Notes: a model not told the origin generated them from the letters alone. 64,000 bases of DNA from Desulfomicrobium sp. (GCA_040768745.1 JAXGMI010000001.1:1440001-1504000), one strand, 5' to 3'; positions 50,334 through 59,853 are shown, counted from the first letter of the stretch. A program made the numbers and translations.

Positions 50334-52007
50334 ATGGGTTTGTCAGCATCGATGTATTCAGGAACCAGCGGACTGAAGGTCCATGGCGAGGAAATGACCG
50401 TCATCGGAAACAACATTTCCAACGTGTCCACCATCGGCTACAAGGGATCGCGCATGTATTTCGAGGATGCCTTGAGCCAGGAACTCACAACTGCCGGCGG
50501 TATCGGCCAAGTGGGACGCGGAGTCTCCATCGGCACGGTCCGCGGCGATTTTTCCCAAGGATCCCTGGAGTCCACGACCTCGGCGACGGATTTGGCAATT
50601 GGGGGCAACGGTTTTTTTGTGGTCTCTCCAGCCAGTCAGGAAGTGAATTATTATACCCGGGCCGGGAACTTCACGTTTGACGAGGACGGCTATCTGGTGG
50701 ACCCGCACGGGTACCGTGTGCAGGGCTGGGCCGTGCAGCAGGAGGAAACGAGTGCCGCGGCAACGGGAGTCTCGACATCCGCTTCGACCAGCGGGGTGAA
50801 AATTACCGGTGTTCCGCAAGACATCAAGCTGGACAATTTTCAGTCCCCGCCTCAGGCGACGAGCCATGTGGATATGATCGTCAATCTGGATTCCCAGTCA
50901 GAAGACAAGTCTTCAGGCGAGGATGATGACGCCCCGTTCACGGCCATGTTCGACATCTACGACGCCACCTCCTATCCAGCTCTCGGCGACGCCACCTATG
51001 CCTACCAGTCCACCATCACGGCCTATGATGAAAACGGCACGTCCCACACTCTGACCATCTTCATGGATCCCGTTGGCGCCGAGGATGTCCTGCAGAACGC
51101 CGGCGGGAAGCGGTACTGGGAGTTCATGGTCACCGTCCCGGCAAGCGAGGACAACCGTGATTTCTGGGGCTCCGACGGGACCAAACGCGGGGTCCTGATG
51201 GCGGGCACCCTCACATTCAATGCTGCCGGTGAGCTGGAAAACATGTCCTCGTTCACTCTCAACCCGGATACTGCGGCAGCAGGATATGACCCTGCGACAT
51301 TCAACGCATCCGATCCGGCCAACTGGGTGCCATCGAATTTCTCCCAGAACGGATACCCGATCTGCACAGCCAATTTTCTGGGCGCAACGAATGCGAACAC
51401 GACCTCGGACATGGACGCCAACAATATCGAGATCAATTTCGGTCTGAGGAACAAGACCACGAGTTGGAGCCCGGCAGATATTGTCAGTCTCGCGGACTTG
51501 CAGGGTCTTGCCGGTGCCGACATCGCGGCAGACCCGACGCTGCTGTCCGGAATCAACGGGATGGCCTCCACGGAGATCAGCGCCCTGGCGACGACCAACT
51601 ACAGCACAGGCTCGACGACTATTTTCCAGTCCCAGGACGGATACACGGCCGGTTTTTTGCAGAACATCTCTGTGGACCGGGACGGTGTCATCACCGGCAA
51701 GTATTCCAATGGGCAGGTCCTGCAGCTCTTCGCGGTAACTCTGGCCACCTTCAACAACAACTATGCGTTGTACCGGGAAGGGGGGAACCTGTTCTCCGAA
51801 ACGCGCTCTTCCGGGCCGCCCATCACGGGTCTGGCCAATACCGGCGGCAAGGGAAGCATCGCCTCCAACTCGCTGGAACAATCCAACGTGGATCTGGCCA
51901 CGGAGTTCGTCAAGATGATCACCACGGAAAAGGGATTCCAGGCCAACTCCAAGACCATCACCACTGTGGACAATATGCTGACCACCCTCATTCAGCTCAA
52001 GCGTTGA
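50334..52007 (+). CDS. flgE: Flagellar hook protein FlgE
   Basis: IGNNISNVSTIGYK, DLAIGGNGFF, YTRAGNF, LEQSNVDLATEF. Confidence 0.96.
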   Translation: MGLSASMYSGTSGLKVHGEEMTVIGNNISNVSTIGYKGSRMYFEDALSQELTTAGGIGQVGRGVSIGTVRGDFSQGSLESTTSATDLAIGGNGFFVVSPASQEVNYYTRAGNFTFDEDGYLVDPHGYRVQGWAVQQEETSAAATGVSTSASTSGVKITGVPQDIKLDNFQSPPQATSHVDMIVNLDSQSEDKSSGEDDDAPFTAMFDIYDATSYPALGDATYAYQSTITAYDENGTSHTLTIFMDPVGAEDVLQNAGGKRYWEFMVTVPASEDNRDFWGSDGTKRGVLMAGTLTFNAAGELENMSSFTLNPDTAAAGYDPATFNASDPANWVPSNFSQNGYPICTANFLGATNANTTSDMDANNIEINFGLRNKTTSWSPADIVSLADLQGLAGADIAADPTLLSGINGMASTEISALATTNYSTGSTTIFQSQDGYTAGFLQNISVDRDGVITGKYSNGQVLQLFAVTLATFNNNYALYREGGNLFSETRSSGPPITGLANTGGKGSIASNSLEQSNVDLATEFVKMITTEKGFQANSKTITTVDNMLTTLIQLKR

Positions 52008-52030
52008 TCAGGCCCTCTCCCCAGAATGAC

Positions 52031-52067
52031 AACGCCCGTACCGCAATGTCTGCGGTACGGGCGTTTT
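52031..52067. terminator. Terminator between convergent flgE and flaG
   Basis: AACGCCCGTACCGCA / TGCGGTACGGGCGTT stem followed by Ts. Confidence 0.8.
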
Positions 52068-52087
52068 GGCCGCTGTAAAGGAAGGTT

Positions 52088-52474
52088 TCACAGCGTCCGG
52101 TCGAAGAGGACCCCCATCATGTGTTCGATGGCTGCTGCGAGGTCAAGCATCTCATCGGCCGGAATCTTGCGGATCAGCCTGTCCGTTTCCGGGTCCCGAA
52201 CCTCCACCTGCACCACGTCCATGCGTTCATCAATGCTGAATTTCAGGTTCACGCCAGTGGTGGCCAGATAGGCATCGATCGCTTCAGCCACATTCTGGAC
52301 TTTGTTCACCAATGCATGGTCGGCTTTTCCGGCGCTATGGCCGAGCCCTTGGGCCAGGAGAGGGTCCGGGCTCGGATGTACGGCATTGTGGAGCGCGTCG
52401 AGCTGACTGAAATCCTGGCCGGGCTGGTGGACCTGCAGATTGTGGGGCCGAAAGGCAAGAGAGACAATAGTCAT
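52088..52474 (-). CDS. flaG: Flagellar protein FlaG
   Basis: LKFSIDE...VEVRDPETDRLIRKIPADEML...GVLFD; GAGG RBS. Confidence 0.88.
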   Translation of the reverse strand: MTIVSLAFRPHNLQVHQPGQDFSQLDALHNAVHPSPDPLLAQGLGHSAGKADHALVNKVQNVAEAIDAYLATTGVNLKFSIDERMDVVQVEVRDPETDRLIRKIPADEMLDLAAAIEHMMGVLFDRTL

Positions 52475-52625
52475 GGCCGGGGCCTCCTCTTTGGGAAATG
52501 TCACATACTTTTCATCGGCTTCTCCTGAAAAAACTTTAGACCATGGGGAAAATTTGACCTGCAGGAGTTGTTGCTGTGCAAAGTATTTATTCATAACCAA
52601 CTATTATTACGATGATAAAAATATA

Positions 52626-52640
52626 TGGCACCCGGCATGC
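52626..52640 (+). promoter_or_regulatory. Sigma-54 promoter for flagellin
   Basis: TGGCACCCGGCATGC (GG-N10-GC), preceded by an AT-rich stretch. Confidence 0.75.
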
Positions 52641-52677
52641 AAGGAAAGGCTGCAACAGCACAAGGAGGTAACATCCC

Positions 52678-53595
52678 ATGTCTTTGGTCATAAATCACAA
52701 TCTGATGGCGATGAATGCGGCCAGGAATCTGTCCCTGTCCTATGGCAACCTGGAAACGTCTACACGACGTCTGTCTTCCGGGCTCCGCGTCGGCACTGCG
52801 GCTGATGATGCAGCGGGTCTGGCTATCCGTGAGTTGATGCGTGCGGATATCGCCTCCCTGAACCAGGGGATGCGCAACGCCAACGACGCGATCTCCATGA
52901 TCCAGACTGCGGACGGCGCCCTGCAGGTTATCGACGAGAAGTTGATCCGCATGAAGGAATTGGCCACCCAGGCGGCGACAGGAACCTACACGTCGGACCA
53001 GCGCCTGATCATCGACTCCGAATACCAGGCCATGGCCTCGGAAATCACCCGTATCGCCAATGCCACGGATTTCAATGGCATCTACCTGCTGAACGGGAAC
53101 CTTTCCTCGCAGTACACCAATGCTGCCGATTGGGGCCTTGACCACGACGGCTCAGGCCTGGAACCCACGGGCTCCCTCAAGATCCATTTTGGCACAGGCA
53201 ACGACAGCGCTGAGGACTATTACTACATTGCCATCGGCGATGCCACGGCCTCGGCCCTGGGTGTGGGCAGCAACAACGGAGGAGGGGCCGGTCACGATAT
53301 CTCCACCCAGCAAAATGCCCAGGAAGCCCTGGCAGCCCTGAACCAGGCCATCACTTCCAAGGACAACATCCGCGCCAGTCTTGGTGCCTTGCAGAACCGG
53401 CTGGAGAACACCATCACCAACCTGACCATCCAGGCGGAAAATCTGCAGGCCGCCGAGTCGCGCATTTCAGACGTGGATGTGGCCCAAGAAATGACCAATT
53501 TTGTCCGCAATCAGATTCTGACCCAAAGCGCGGTGGCCATGCTGGCCCAGGCCAACCAGTTGCCGCAGATGGCACTGCAGCTCATGCAGGGATAG
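52678..53595 (+). CDS. fliC: Flagellin
   Basis: INHNLMA, RLSSGLR, AADDAAGLAI, LGALQNRL, SRISDVDVA, AQANQ. Confidence 0.97.
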   Translation: MSLVINHNLMAMNAARNLSLSYGNLETSTRRLSSGLRVGTAADDAAGLAIRELMRADIASLNQGMRNANDAISMIQTADGALQVIDEKLIRMKELATQAATGTYTSDQRLIIDSEYQAMASEITRIANATDFNGIYLLNGNLSSQYTNAADWGLDHDGSGLEPTGSLKIHFGTGNDSAEDYYYIAIGDATASALGVGSNNGGGAGHDISTQQNAQEALAALNQAITSKDNIRASLGALQNRLENTITNLTIQAENLQAAESRISDVDVAQEMTNFVRNQILTQSAVAMLAQANQLPQMALQLMQG

Positions 53596-53626
53596 CGGCG
53601 GACATTTCTGATCTGTGAAAGGCTGG

Positions 53627-53659
53627 AACAGCCGGGATGGAATCATCTCGGCTGTTTTT
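53627..53659 (+). terminator. Terminator after flagellin
   Basis: AACAGCCGGGATG / CATCTCGGCTGTT stem plus a T-tract. Confidence 0.8.
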
Positions 53660-53688
53660 CATTTGAAGTAGGCAGGAAAATTTCAGGG

Positions 53689-54423
53689 TCAGACCTCCTG
53701 AGCGTCAGGCAAGAGGGACGGAAACCTTGTCTTGAGGTCCTTCAGGGCTCGTGCAGCCGCTCCCTGTTCGGCCTTGCGCATGCTGCTCTCCATCCATTCC
53801 ACCTGTGTGCCGTCGGGCAACGTGAGCGCCACAGTGTATTGTTTGGCATGTTCAGGGCCTTGGCTGTCGCGCAGGGCATAGGTAGGACGGGCCTTCCAGA
53901 TCATCTGGGTGAGTTCCTGCAGCTGGCTTTTGAAGTCCCGCGGGCGGAAGGTTGACGGCGGGGTTGGCCATTGCCCTTGAAACAGCGTATCGACACATGT
54001 GAAAACGGCCTTTATCCCTCCATCCAGATACACCGCGCCCAACAGGGCTTCCAGAGCATCGCTGAGGACGGAATTTTTCTCCCTTCCCCCTTGGCTCTCT
54101 TCGCCCCGGCCCAGCAGGAGGATGGGGCCCAGGCCAATGCGCCTGGCGGCTGCAGCCAAGGCTGCTTCACTGACCAGGGAGGAGCGCATTTTGGTCAGAT
54201 GCCCTTCCTGTGCTTCCGGATAGTGGAGGAAGAGCGCGTGGGAAACTGCCAGCTCCAATACCGCATCCCCAAGAAACTCCAGCCGTTCGTTGTGCACGCC
54301 GCCCTGTTCATTGGCGTAGGATGTATGCGTGATCGCCTGGATGAAAAGCTTGACTTGCTTGAATTCATAATGGATTTCAGACTGCAGCGCCTGCAGTGCA
54401 TCCATTGGAATTTCCTGAGACAT
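53689..54423 (-). CDS. rnc: Ribonuclease III
   Basis: NERLEFLGDAVL, DALEALLGAVYLDGG, DFKSQLQE dsRBD. Start MSQEIP with GGAG RBS. Confidence 0.96.
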   Translation of the reverse strand: MSQEIPMDALQALQSEIHYEFKQVKLFIQAITHTSYANEQGGVHNERLEFLGDAVLELAVSHALFLHYPEAQEGHLTKMRSSLVSEAALAAAARRIGLGPILLLGRGEESQGGREKNSVLSDALEALLGAVYLDGGIKAVFTCVDTLFQGQWPTPPSTFRPRDFKSQLQELTQMIWKARPTYALRDSQGPEHAKQYTVALTLPDGTQVEWMESSMRKAEQGAAARALKDLKTRFPSLLPDAQEV

Positions 54424-54436
54424 TAAGGATATCTCC

Positions 54437-56545
54437 ATGAGAGACGTTTATCTTCACGCCCTTTTTTCCCCCAAAGCCATCGCCGTTCTTGGGTCCTTCG
54501 ACGGAGGGAGCGTCTCGGCCAGCGTGATCCAGTCGAATCTTGAACGATGGGGGTACCAGGGGAGGATTGTGCCCGTCAATTGGACCACTTCAACTGCAGA
54601 TGCGCGTCGGAAGGAGGTCACAGGCGTGGATCTGGCCGTGGTCTGCCTGTCTCCGGAATTGGTTTGCGCGGCACTGGAGGAAATTGCCGATCGGGGGGTG
54701 AAGGCGGTCATTGTCACCTCCCCGGGATTCCGGGAGGTTGGGGGAGCCGGCTACTACCTTGAGGAAGCGATCATCCGCCTGGCGGAGAGCAGAAATTTGA
54801 CCCTGCTTGGTCCCAACTGTCTTGGCGTGGCTTCCTGGAACGATCGCATGAACGCCTCTCTCGTTCCCCGGCTTCCGGCCAAGGGCAAGATCGCCTTTTT
54901 TTCGCCTTCCGGTTCCATGTGTAACGCCATTCTGGACTGGGCAGCCAGCGAGGAGATCGGGTTTTCCAAGTTTGCCAGCCTGGGCAACCGGGCCGTCATC
55001 GACGAGGCATCCATGCTCCAGTTTCTGGCCCAGGATCCAGAAACTTCTGTCATCATCGGTTATCTGGAAGGAATGAACAGCGGACGCCGGTTCGCCCGCA
55101 TCAGCCAGACCATCACGCGTGAAAAGCCGGTCATCATGCTGCAGGCCGGAATGACCGAGCACGGTCGGAAGGCCATCTCCACCCATGTCGGGGCCTTGAC
55201 CGGCTCGGAGCGGGCTTATCAGACGGCACTCAGGCAAGCCGGCATCATCCAGGTGGACAATCTTTCCTCCCTCTTCGATTTGGCCCGCATGTTCGGCAGC
55301 CAAACCCTGCCCATGGGCCCCAACCTGGCCATCCTCACCAATTCTGGAGGTGCGGGCATATTGGCTGCGGATGGGTTGGCCGGCACCAGCTTGAACCTGC
55401 CGCGGCTTTCTTCCGGAACGTTGTCCAGATTGTCCGCGTTTCTGCCGAGACATGCCCAGATTTCCAACCCCGTGGACATCGGCATGGATGCAGCGCCGGC
55501 TCACTATGTCCAGGCCGTGGAGGAGGTCCTGCGGGATCGTCATATCCATATGGCCCTGCTGGTCATCGCCCCGGGCTTTGGGGTTGATTTGCCCTCCATC
55601 GTCCGTGAGCTTGCGGACATGCACCATGCAGAAGGCCGCACAGTGGCAGTCTGCCTCATTGGCCAGGACGGGGTGGCGGAGGAAAGGTGTTTTCTGCAGA
55701 GTCAGGGTTTGCCCTGCTATTCCAATCCCAAGGCTGCCCTGGCGAGTCTTGAAGCCATGTTCAGGTATGCGCAGTGGAAGGCAACCCCTTATCCGGTGGA
55801 GGTTTGCTATCGACGGGACAAGGCCAAGGGCGAGCGGTTTGTCAAGGATTGCCTGGAAGCCGGGAAAACCGAGCTGTTTGGCTTCGAGATTCAACCGCTG
55901 CTGCAGGCCTACGAACTGCATTTTCCGCATACTGAGCTGGCTCGCACGAGCAAAAGCGCGGCCAAGATCGCCAAGCGGATGTCCTGTCCCGTGGTGCTGA
56001 AGATTTCCTCTCCCCATATCGAATACAAAAGTGACGTGGGAGGGGTGGAACCCAATCTGCAATCGCCGGAGGACGTGCGCCGGGCTTTTGTAAGCCTGAC
56101 GTCCAGGGTTCAGTGCCTGAGACAGGATGCCTTTTTGTCCGGCTGCCTGGTGCAGGAAATGATCCTCGGCAAGCCCGTGGAGATCTGCATCCGCGTGCAG
56201 CGCGATCCCAGATTCGGACCGCTGATACGCTTCGGTCTGTCCGGGAGCCAAACCGAGATTTTCCAGGACTATTCCCTGCGGCTGGCTCCTCTTTCCCTGG
56301 ACGATGCAGCAACGATGATGCGGGAACTCAAGTTTTTCTCTCTGGTGAAACGTGAGCGGAGCCGTGATTCTCTGGACTTGCGTGCGCTTGAGGATGTATT
56401 GCTGACCATATCGCAGATGACCCTGGATTTGCCCGAGATCTACACTTTCGAATGCGACCCCGTCCTGGTCACATCCCGTGGAGTGTGGATCGCTGGGGCC
56501 CGGATGTCACTTTTATCGCAACTTGAGGACCAGCCTGGGTTTTGA
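54437..56545 (+). CDS. NDP-forming acyl-CoA ligase-like protein (CoA-binding + ligase + ATP-grasp), no GNAT domain
   Basis: LLGPNCLG, SLGNRA, THVGAL, TNSGGAG, NPVDI, KSDVGGV, RDPRFGP. Confidence 0.85.
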   Translation: MRDVYLHALFSPKAIAVLGSFDGGSVSASVIQSNLERWGYQGRIVPVNWTTSTADARRKEVTGVDLAVVCLSPELVCAALEEIADRGVKAVIVTSPGFREVGGAGYYLEEAIIRLAESRNLTLLGPNCLGVASWNDRMNASLVPRLPAKGKIAFFSPSGSMCNAILDWAASEEIGFSKFASLGNRAVIDEASMLQFLAQDPETSVIIGYLEGMNSGRRFARISQTITREKPVIMLQAGMTEHGRKAISTHVGALTGSERAYQTALRQAGIIQVDNLSSLFDLARMFGSQTLPMGPNLAILTNSGGAGILAADGLAGTSLNLPRLSSGTLSRLSAFLPRHAQISNPVDIGMDAAPAHYVQAVEEVLRDRHIHMALLVIAPGFGVDLPSIVRELADMHHAEGRTVAVCLIGQDGVAEERCFLQSQGLPCYSNPKAALASLEAMFRYAQWKATPYPVEVCYRRDKAKGERFVKDCLEAGKTELFGFEIQPLLQAYELHFPHTELARTSKSAAKIAKRMSCPVVLKISSPHIEYKSDVGGVEPNLQSPEDVRRAFVSLTSRVQCLRQDAFLSGCLVQEMILGKPVEICIRVQRDPRFGPLIRFGLSGSQTEIFQDYSLRLAPLSLDDAATMMRELKFFSLVKRERSRDSLDLRALEDVLLTISQMTLDLPEIYTFECDPVLVTSRGVWIAGARMSLLSQLEDQPGF

Positions 56546-56591
56546 TGTCTCGAATTTTGCCAGTGTATCGCTGTCCTGAGCAGGAGGAAAT

Positions 56592-57653
56592 ATGGTAGGG
56601 ATCTATGTGGGGGCCACGTCCGGCTATTCAGGGAAGAACATGATCGCCATGGGTATCGGACTCAAGCTGCAGAAGGAGGGCTACCGGGTCGGGTACATGA
56701 AGCCTGTCGGTGCCCTTCCGCAGGAACGGAACGGGGTACTCGGCGATGCGGACGCATTTTTTGTTCAGGATATTCTGGGCTTGAAGGACGACCCGGGGTT
56801 GGTCACCCCTGTTGTAGTCGATCACGACTTCAAGATGCGGGCCTTCACCGGGAAGTGTGAGAACCTGTTGCCGAAAATCAAGGCTGCATACGAGGCCTTG
56901 GGCAAGGACAAGGATGTCATGATCGTGGCCGGATCCGGCAGCATGTACTCAGGCAAGTACTGTGGGGTTGACGGGATCAGCGTGATCAAGTCCCTGGGCA
57001 TCAAGGCGATCATAATCGACCGCTATGTCAAGGAGCTCAATTACGACTACCTCATGGCCATGAAAGAACTCCTGGGCGATCAACTCCTCGGCGTGTTGCT
57101 GAACGACATCCCGCCGGCCTTCAAGGACGAGCTGGATACGCTGCTGCATCCCTTTCTGGAGAGCAAGGGCATCAAGGTGCTGGGGAAGATTCCGAGTGAT
57201 CCGCTCATGGGGGCCATCAAGGTGGCCGATTTGGCCGACCGCCTGGGGGGAAAGGTCATCACGGCCCAGGACAAGTCCGAGCGGGTGGTGGAGAATTTTC
57301 TGATCGGGACCATGCAGGTCGAGAACTTCATGACCCATTTCCGCAAGAGCCGTAAATCCGCCATCATTGTCGGCGGCGACCGTTCCGACGTGCAGCTGGT
57401 GGCCCTGGAGGGACAGTGCCAGTGTCTCGTGCTGACCGGGAATCTCTACCCCAACGACATCATCATGACCCGGGCAGAGGTGCTGGAGGTTCCCATCGTG
57501 GTGGTCCGCGATGATACCTTCACCGTGGCCAAGAAGATGGAGTCCATCCTGTCCCGACACAAGCTCCGGGACGTGATCAAGATCCAGCACGGATCGCAAC
57601 TCGTCAGTTCCATCATCGACTTCCCGCATCTGAAGGAAGCGCTGGGGCTGTGA
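56592..57653 (+). CDS. Pta-N-terminal-like protein (BioD-like P-loop + DRTGG), no Pta catalytic domain
   Basis: SGYSGK, VGYMKPVG, IIVGGDRSDVQL, LVLTG, DTFTVA. Confidence 0.85.
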   Translation: MVGIYVGATSGYSGKNMIAMGIGLKLQKEGYRVGYMKPVGALPQERNGVLGDADAFFVQDILGLKDDPGLVTPVVVDHDFKMRAFTGKCENLLPKIKAAYEALGKDKDVMIVAGSGSMYSGKYCGVDGISVIKSLGIKAIIIDRYVKELNYDYLMAMKELLGDQLLGVLLNDIPPAFKDELDTLLHPFLESKGIKVLGKIPSDPLMGAIKVADLADRLGGKVITAQDKSERVVENFLIGTMQVENFMTHFRKSRKSAIIVGGDRSDVQLVALEGQCQCLVLTGNLYPNDIIMTRAEVLEVPIVVVRDDTFTVAKKMESILSRHKLRDVIKIQHGSQLVSSIIDFPHLKEALGL

Positions 57654-57682
57654 TTCCGGGCGGGCGGAGCGCCTCGGTCCTG

Positions 57683-57709
57683 GGCCTCGGATTTTCCGAG
57701 GCCTTTTTT
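57683..57709 (+). terminator. Terminator between the DRTGG gene and cimA
   Basis: GGCCTCGGA / TCCGAGGCC stem plus a T-tract. Confidence 0.75.
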
Positions 57710-59337
57710 CATATTTCGCGGATGGCCTGGGTCAGCTTTTTCTGATCGTCCTTGAACAGCTTGTAGTTGATGGAATCTTCCAGGGCCTGCCGGCTGGCCT
57801 CAATGATGTTGTAGGACACGCCAACAGTGGTCCAGCGGCTTTTCTGGTCCCCTGATTCGATGAGCACGCGGACCTCCGATGCAGTGCCGCTGTTTCCGTC
57901 ATCGCGGACCACTCCGGCCAGGACCCGCACCTTGAAATCCATGAGACGCATCTCCTTCAGATTCGGGTAAAATCGTTCCAAGCCTTTGCGCAGGGCGCAA
58001 TCCATGGCGTTGACCGGACCCTTGCCTGTGGCAGCGGTGTGCTCGATGACCCCGCCCACACGCAGCATGACGGTGGCTTCGGTGAATGGGGCAACCCCTT
58101 CGGTGAAGACGGAATCCAGGATGCGAAAGCTGATCAGCCGGAAATAGGTCCTGGCCCGGCCGAGCACGCGATTGACCAGGAGTTCGTATGAGGCCTCGGC
58201 TGCGGAGTATTCGTATCCCTGGTCCTCCCTGTTTTTGAGTTCCGTCAGGAGTTCGAGAACAAAGGGGTCGCCCTTATCCAGTTCAAATCCGTACTGCTTG
58301 GCCTTGAACAGAATGTTGGACTGGCCGGCCAGGTCCGACAGGACGATGCGTCGCTTATTGCCGACCAGTTCAGGTTCGATGTGTTCGTAGGTGCGCGGGT
58401 TGCGGCGCACGGCAGCCACATGCACCCCGCCTTTGTGGGTGAAGGCGGACTGTCCCGTGTAGGGTTGGCGTTTGAAAGAGCGCAGGTTGGCCACCTCGGA
58501 CACAAAGGCCGAGGTGCCGGTCAGGCGTTCCAGGTTGCCTGGGGGCAGACACGGGAGCCCCATTTTCAGTTCCAGGTTGGGAATGATGGAGGAGAGGTTG
58601 GCGTTGCCGCAGCGTTCGCCGTATCCGTTGATGGTTCCCTGGACTTGGACCGCACCGTGGCGCACGGCGGCAAGGGAATTGGCCACGGCCAGTTCGCAGT
58701 CGTTGTGCACGTGTATGCCGAAGCGGGCCTCGGGCAGATCGGCGGAAACGGCATCCATGATGGCGGCGATTTCTTCGGGAAGGCTGCCGCCATTGGTATC
58801 GCACAGGACCAAGAGATCAGCGCCCGCGGACCAGGCCGTGCGCAGGCAGGTCTTGGCGTACTCGGCGTTGGTCTTGAAACCGTCGAAAAAATGTTCGGCG
58901 TCGTAAAAAAGTTCCTGACAGTGTGGACGCAGAAAGGCCAGGGAATCGCGGATCAATTCCAGGTTGCGTTCAAGAGTGATCTTCAAGGCATCGTTGACGT
59001 GGATGTCCCACGTCTTGCCGAAGATGGTCAGCACAGGGGCGCCGGATTCGAGCAGGGCTTGCAGGTTCGGATCCACGTCAGCCGTATTTTTTGCTGCATG
59101 GGTGGAACCGAAGGCTGCGAGTCTGGCCGTTTGAAGCTCATACTGCCGCATTTCGTTGAAAAAACGCTTGTCCTTGGGGTTGGATCCCGGCCAGCCTCCT
59201 TCAATGTAGGCCACACCCAGATGGTCGAGCCTGGTGGCGATGCGCATTTTGTCCTCGGTGGAGAGGCTCAATTCCTCGGACTGGGTGCCGTCTCGCAACG
59301 TGGTGTCATAGATCTGGATGCTCTGCATGGTGCTCAT
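57709..59337 (-). CDS. cimA: Citramalate synthase
   Basis: YDTTLRDGTQ, EGGWPGSNPKD, IFGKTWD, YDAEHFFDG, GYGERCGNA, HKGGVH, YEHIEPE..GN: CimA-type rather than LeuA-type signatures. Confidence 0.92.
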   Translation of the reverse strand: MSTMQSIQIYDTTLRDGTQSEELSLSTEDKMRIATRLDHLGVAYIEGGWPGSNPKDKRFFNEMRQYELQTARLAAFGSTHAAKNTADVDPNLQALLESGAPVLTIFGKTWDIHVNDALKITLERNLELIRDSLAFLRPHCQELFYDAEHFFDGFKTNAEYAKTCLRTAWSAGADLLVLCDTNGGSLPEEIAAIMDAVSADLPEARFGIHVHNDCELAVANSLAAVRHGAVQVQGTINGYGERCGNANLSSIIPNLELKMGLPCLPPGNLERLTGTSAFVSEVANLRSFKRQPYTGQSAFTHKGGVHVAAVRRNPRTYEHIEPELVGNKRRIVLSDLAGQSNILFKAKQYGFELDKGDPFVLELLTELKNREDQGYEYSAAEASYELLVNRVLGRARTYFRLISFRILDSVFTEGVAPFTEATVMLRVGGVIEHTAATGKGPVNAMDCALRKGLERFYPNLKEMRLMDFKVRVLAGVVRDDGNSGTASEVRVLIESGDQKSRWTTVGVSYNIIEASRQALEDSINYKLFKDDQKKLTQAIREI

Positions 59338-59380
59338 TCCCGTTTGTAAAGTGTGCTTGGGTGGTTACAGGCTGACGGGT

Positions 59381-59418
59381 AAAGAAAAAAAGCCCCCGAC
59401 CTGGCGGTCGGGGGCTTT
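59381..59418 (-). terminator. Attenuator terminator upstream of cimA
   Basis: Minus strand AAAGCCCCCGACC-GCCA-GGTCGGGGGCTTT followed by a long U-tract. Confidence 0.9.
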
Positions 59419-59445
59419 CCAAACGTGGACACGTTTACAGGAACG

Positions 59446-59511
59446 TCATGCCCCCAACCGCAACGCGGGCGTCATGATAATAATGGAAATGGTGGATGCG
59501 GCAGTGTTCAT
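59446..59511 (-). CDS. cimA leader peptide MNTAASTISIIIMTPALRLGA (21 aa)
   Basis: AAGGA RBS, ATG, Ile cluster ATT-TCC-ATT-ATT-ATC, TGA; its 3' part is complementary to the terminator's 5' arm. Confidence 0.85.
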   Translation of the reverse strand: MNTAASTISIIIMTPALRLGA

Positions 59512-59533
59512 TTGCGGTGTGTTCCTTGATGTG

Positions 59534-59562
59534 GTGATGAACAAAGGGGAATGCCTTGTCAA
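59534..59562 (-). promoter_or_regulatory. Candidate sigma-70 promoter for leader-cimA
   Basis: TTGACA-N17-CATCAC (weak -10). Confidence 0.45.
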
Positions 59563-59586
59563 GCCTGATCTTGCGGTGCTGCTCCC

Positions 59587-59853
59587 CTACTGAGCGATCT
59601 TGATCTCCATGGCATCGATGAATTCGACGCCGTTCACCTCAACCTGGTCCCCCAGGACGATGGCTCTGCGGCCGCCAAGGCCGGAGGCGTCGATGCCCCG
59701 CACCATGTAGCTGGATGCATCAGTGACCAGGATCATCCCCACGCTGGTTTGTTCCAGAATGCCGTGGACCTCCACAGTATCTCCAGCCCAGGCGAAACCG
59801 TGGACAGTGAGCAAGGGGAGTGTGAGGAACATTTCCTTCAGACGACGTTTCAT
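59587..59853 (-). CDS. Small exported hypothetical protein (~88 aa, beta-rich)
   Basis: MKRRLK plus hydrophobic stretch plus AWA cleavage-like site; GAAGG RBS. Confidence 0.65.
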   Translation of the reverse strand: MKRRLKEMFLTLPLLTVHGFAWAGDTVEVHGILEQTSVGMILVTDASSYMVRGIDASGLGGRRAIVLGDQVEVNGVEFIDAMEIKIAQ

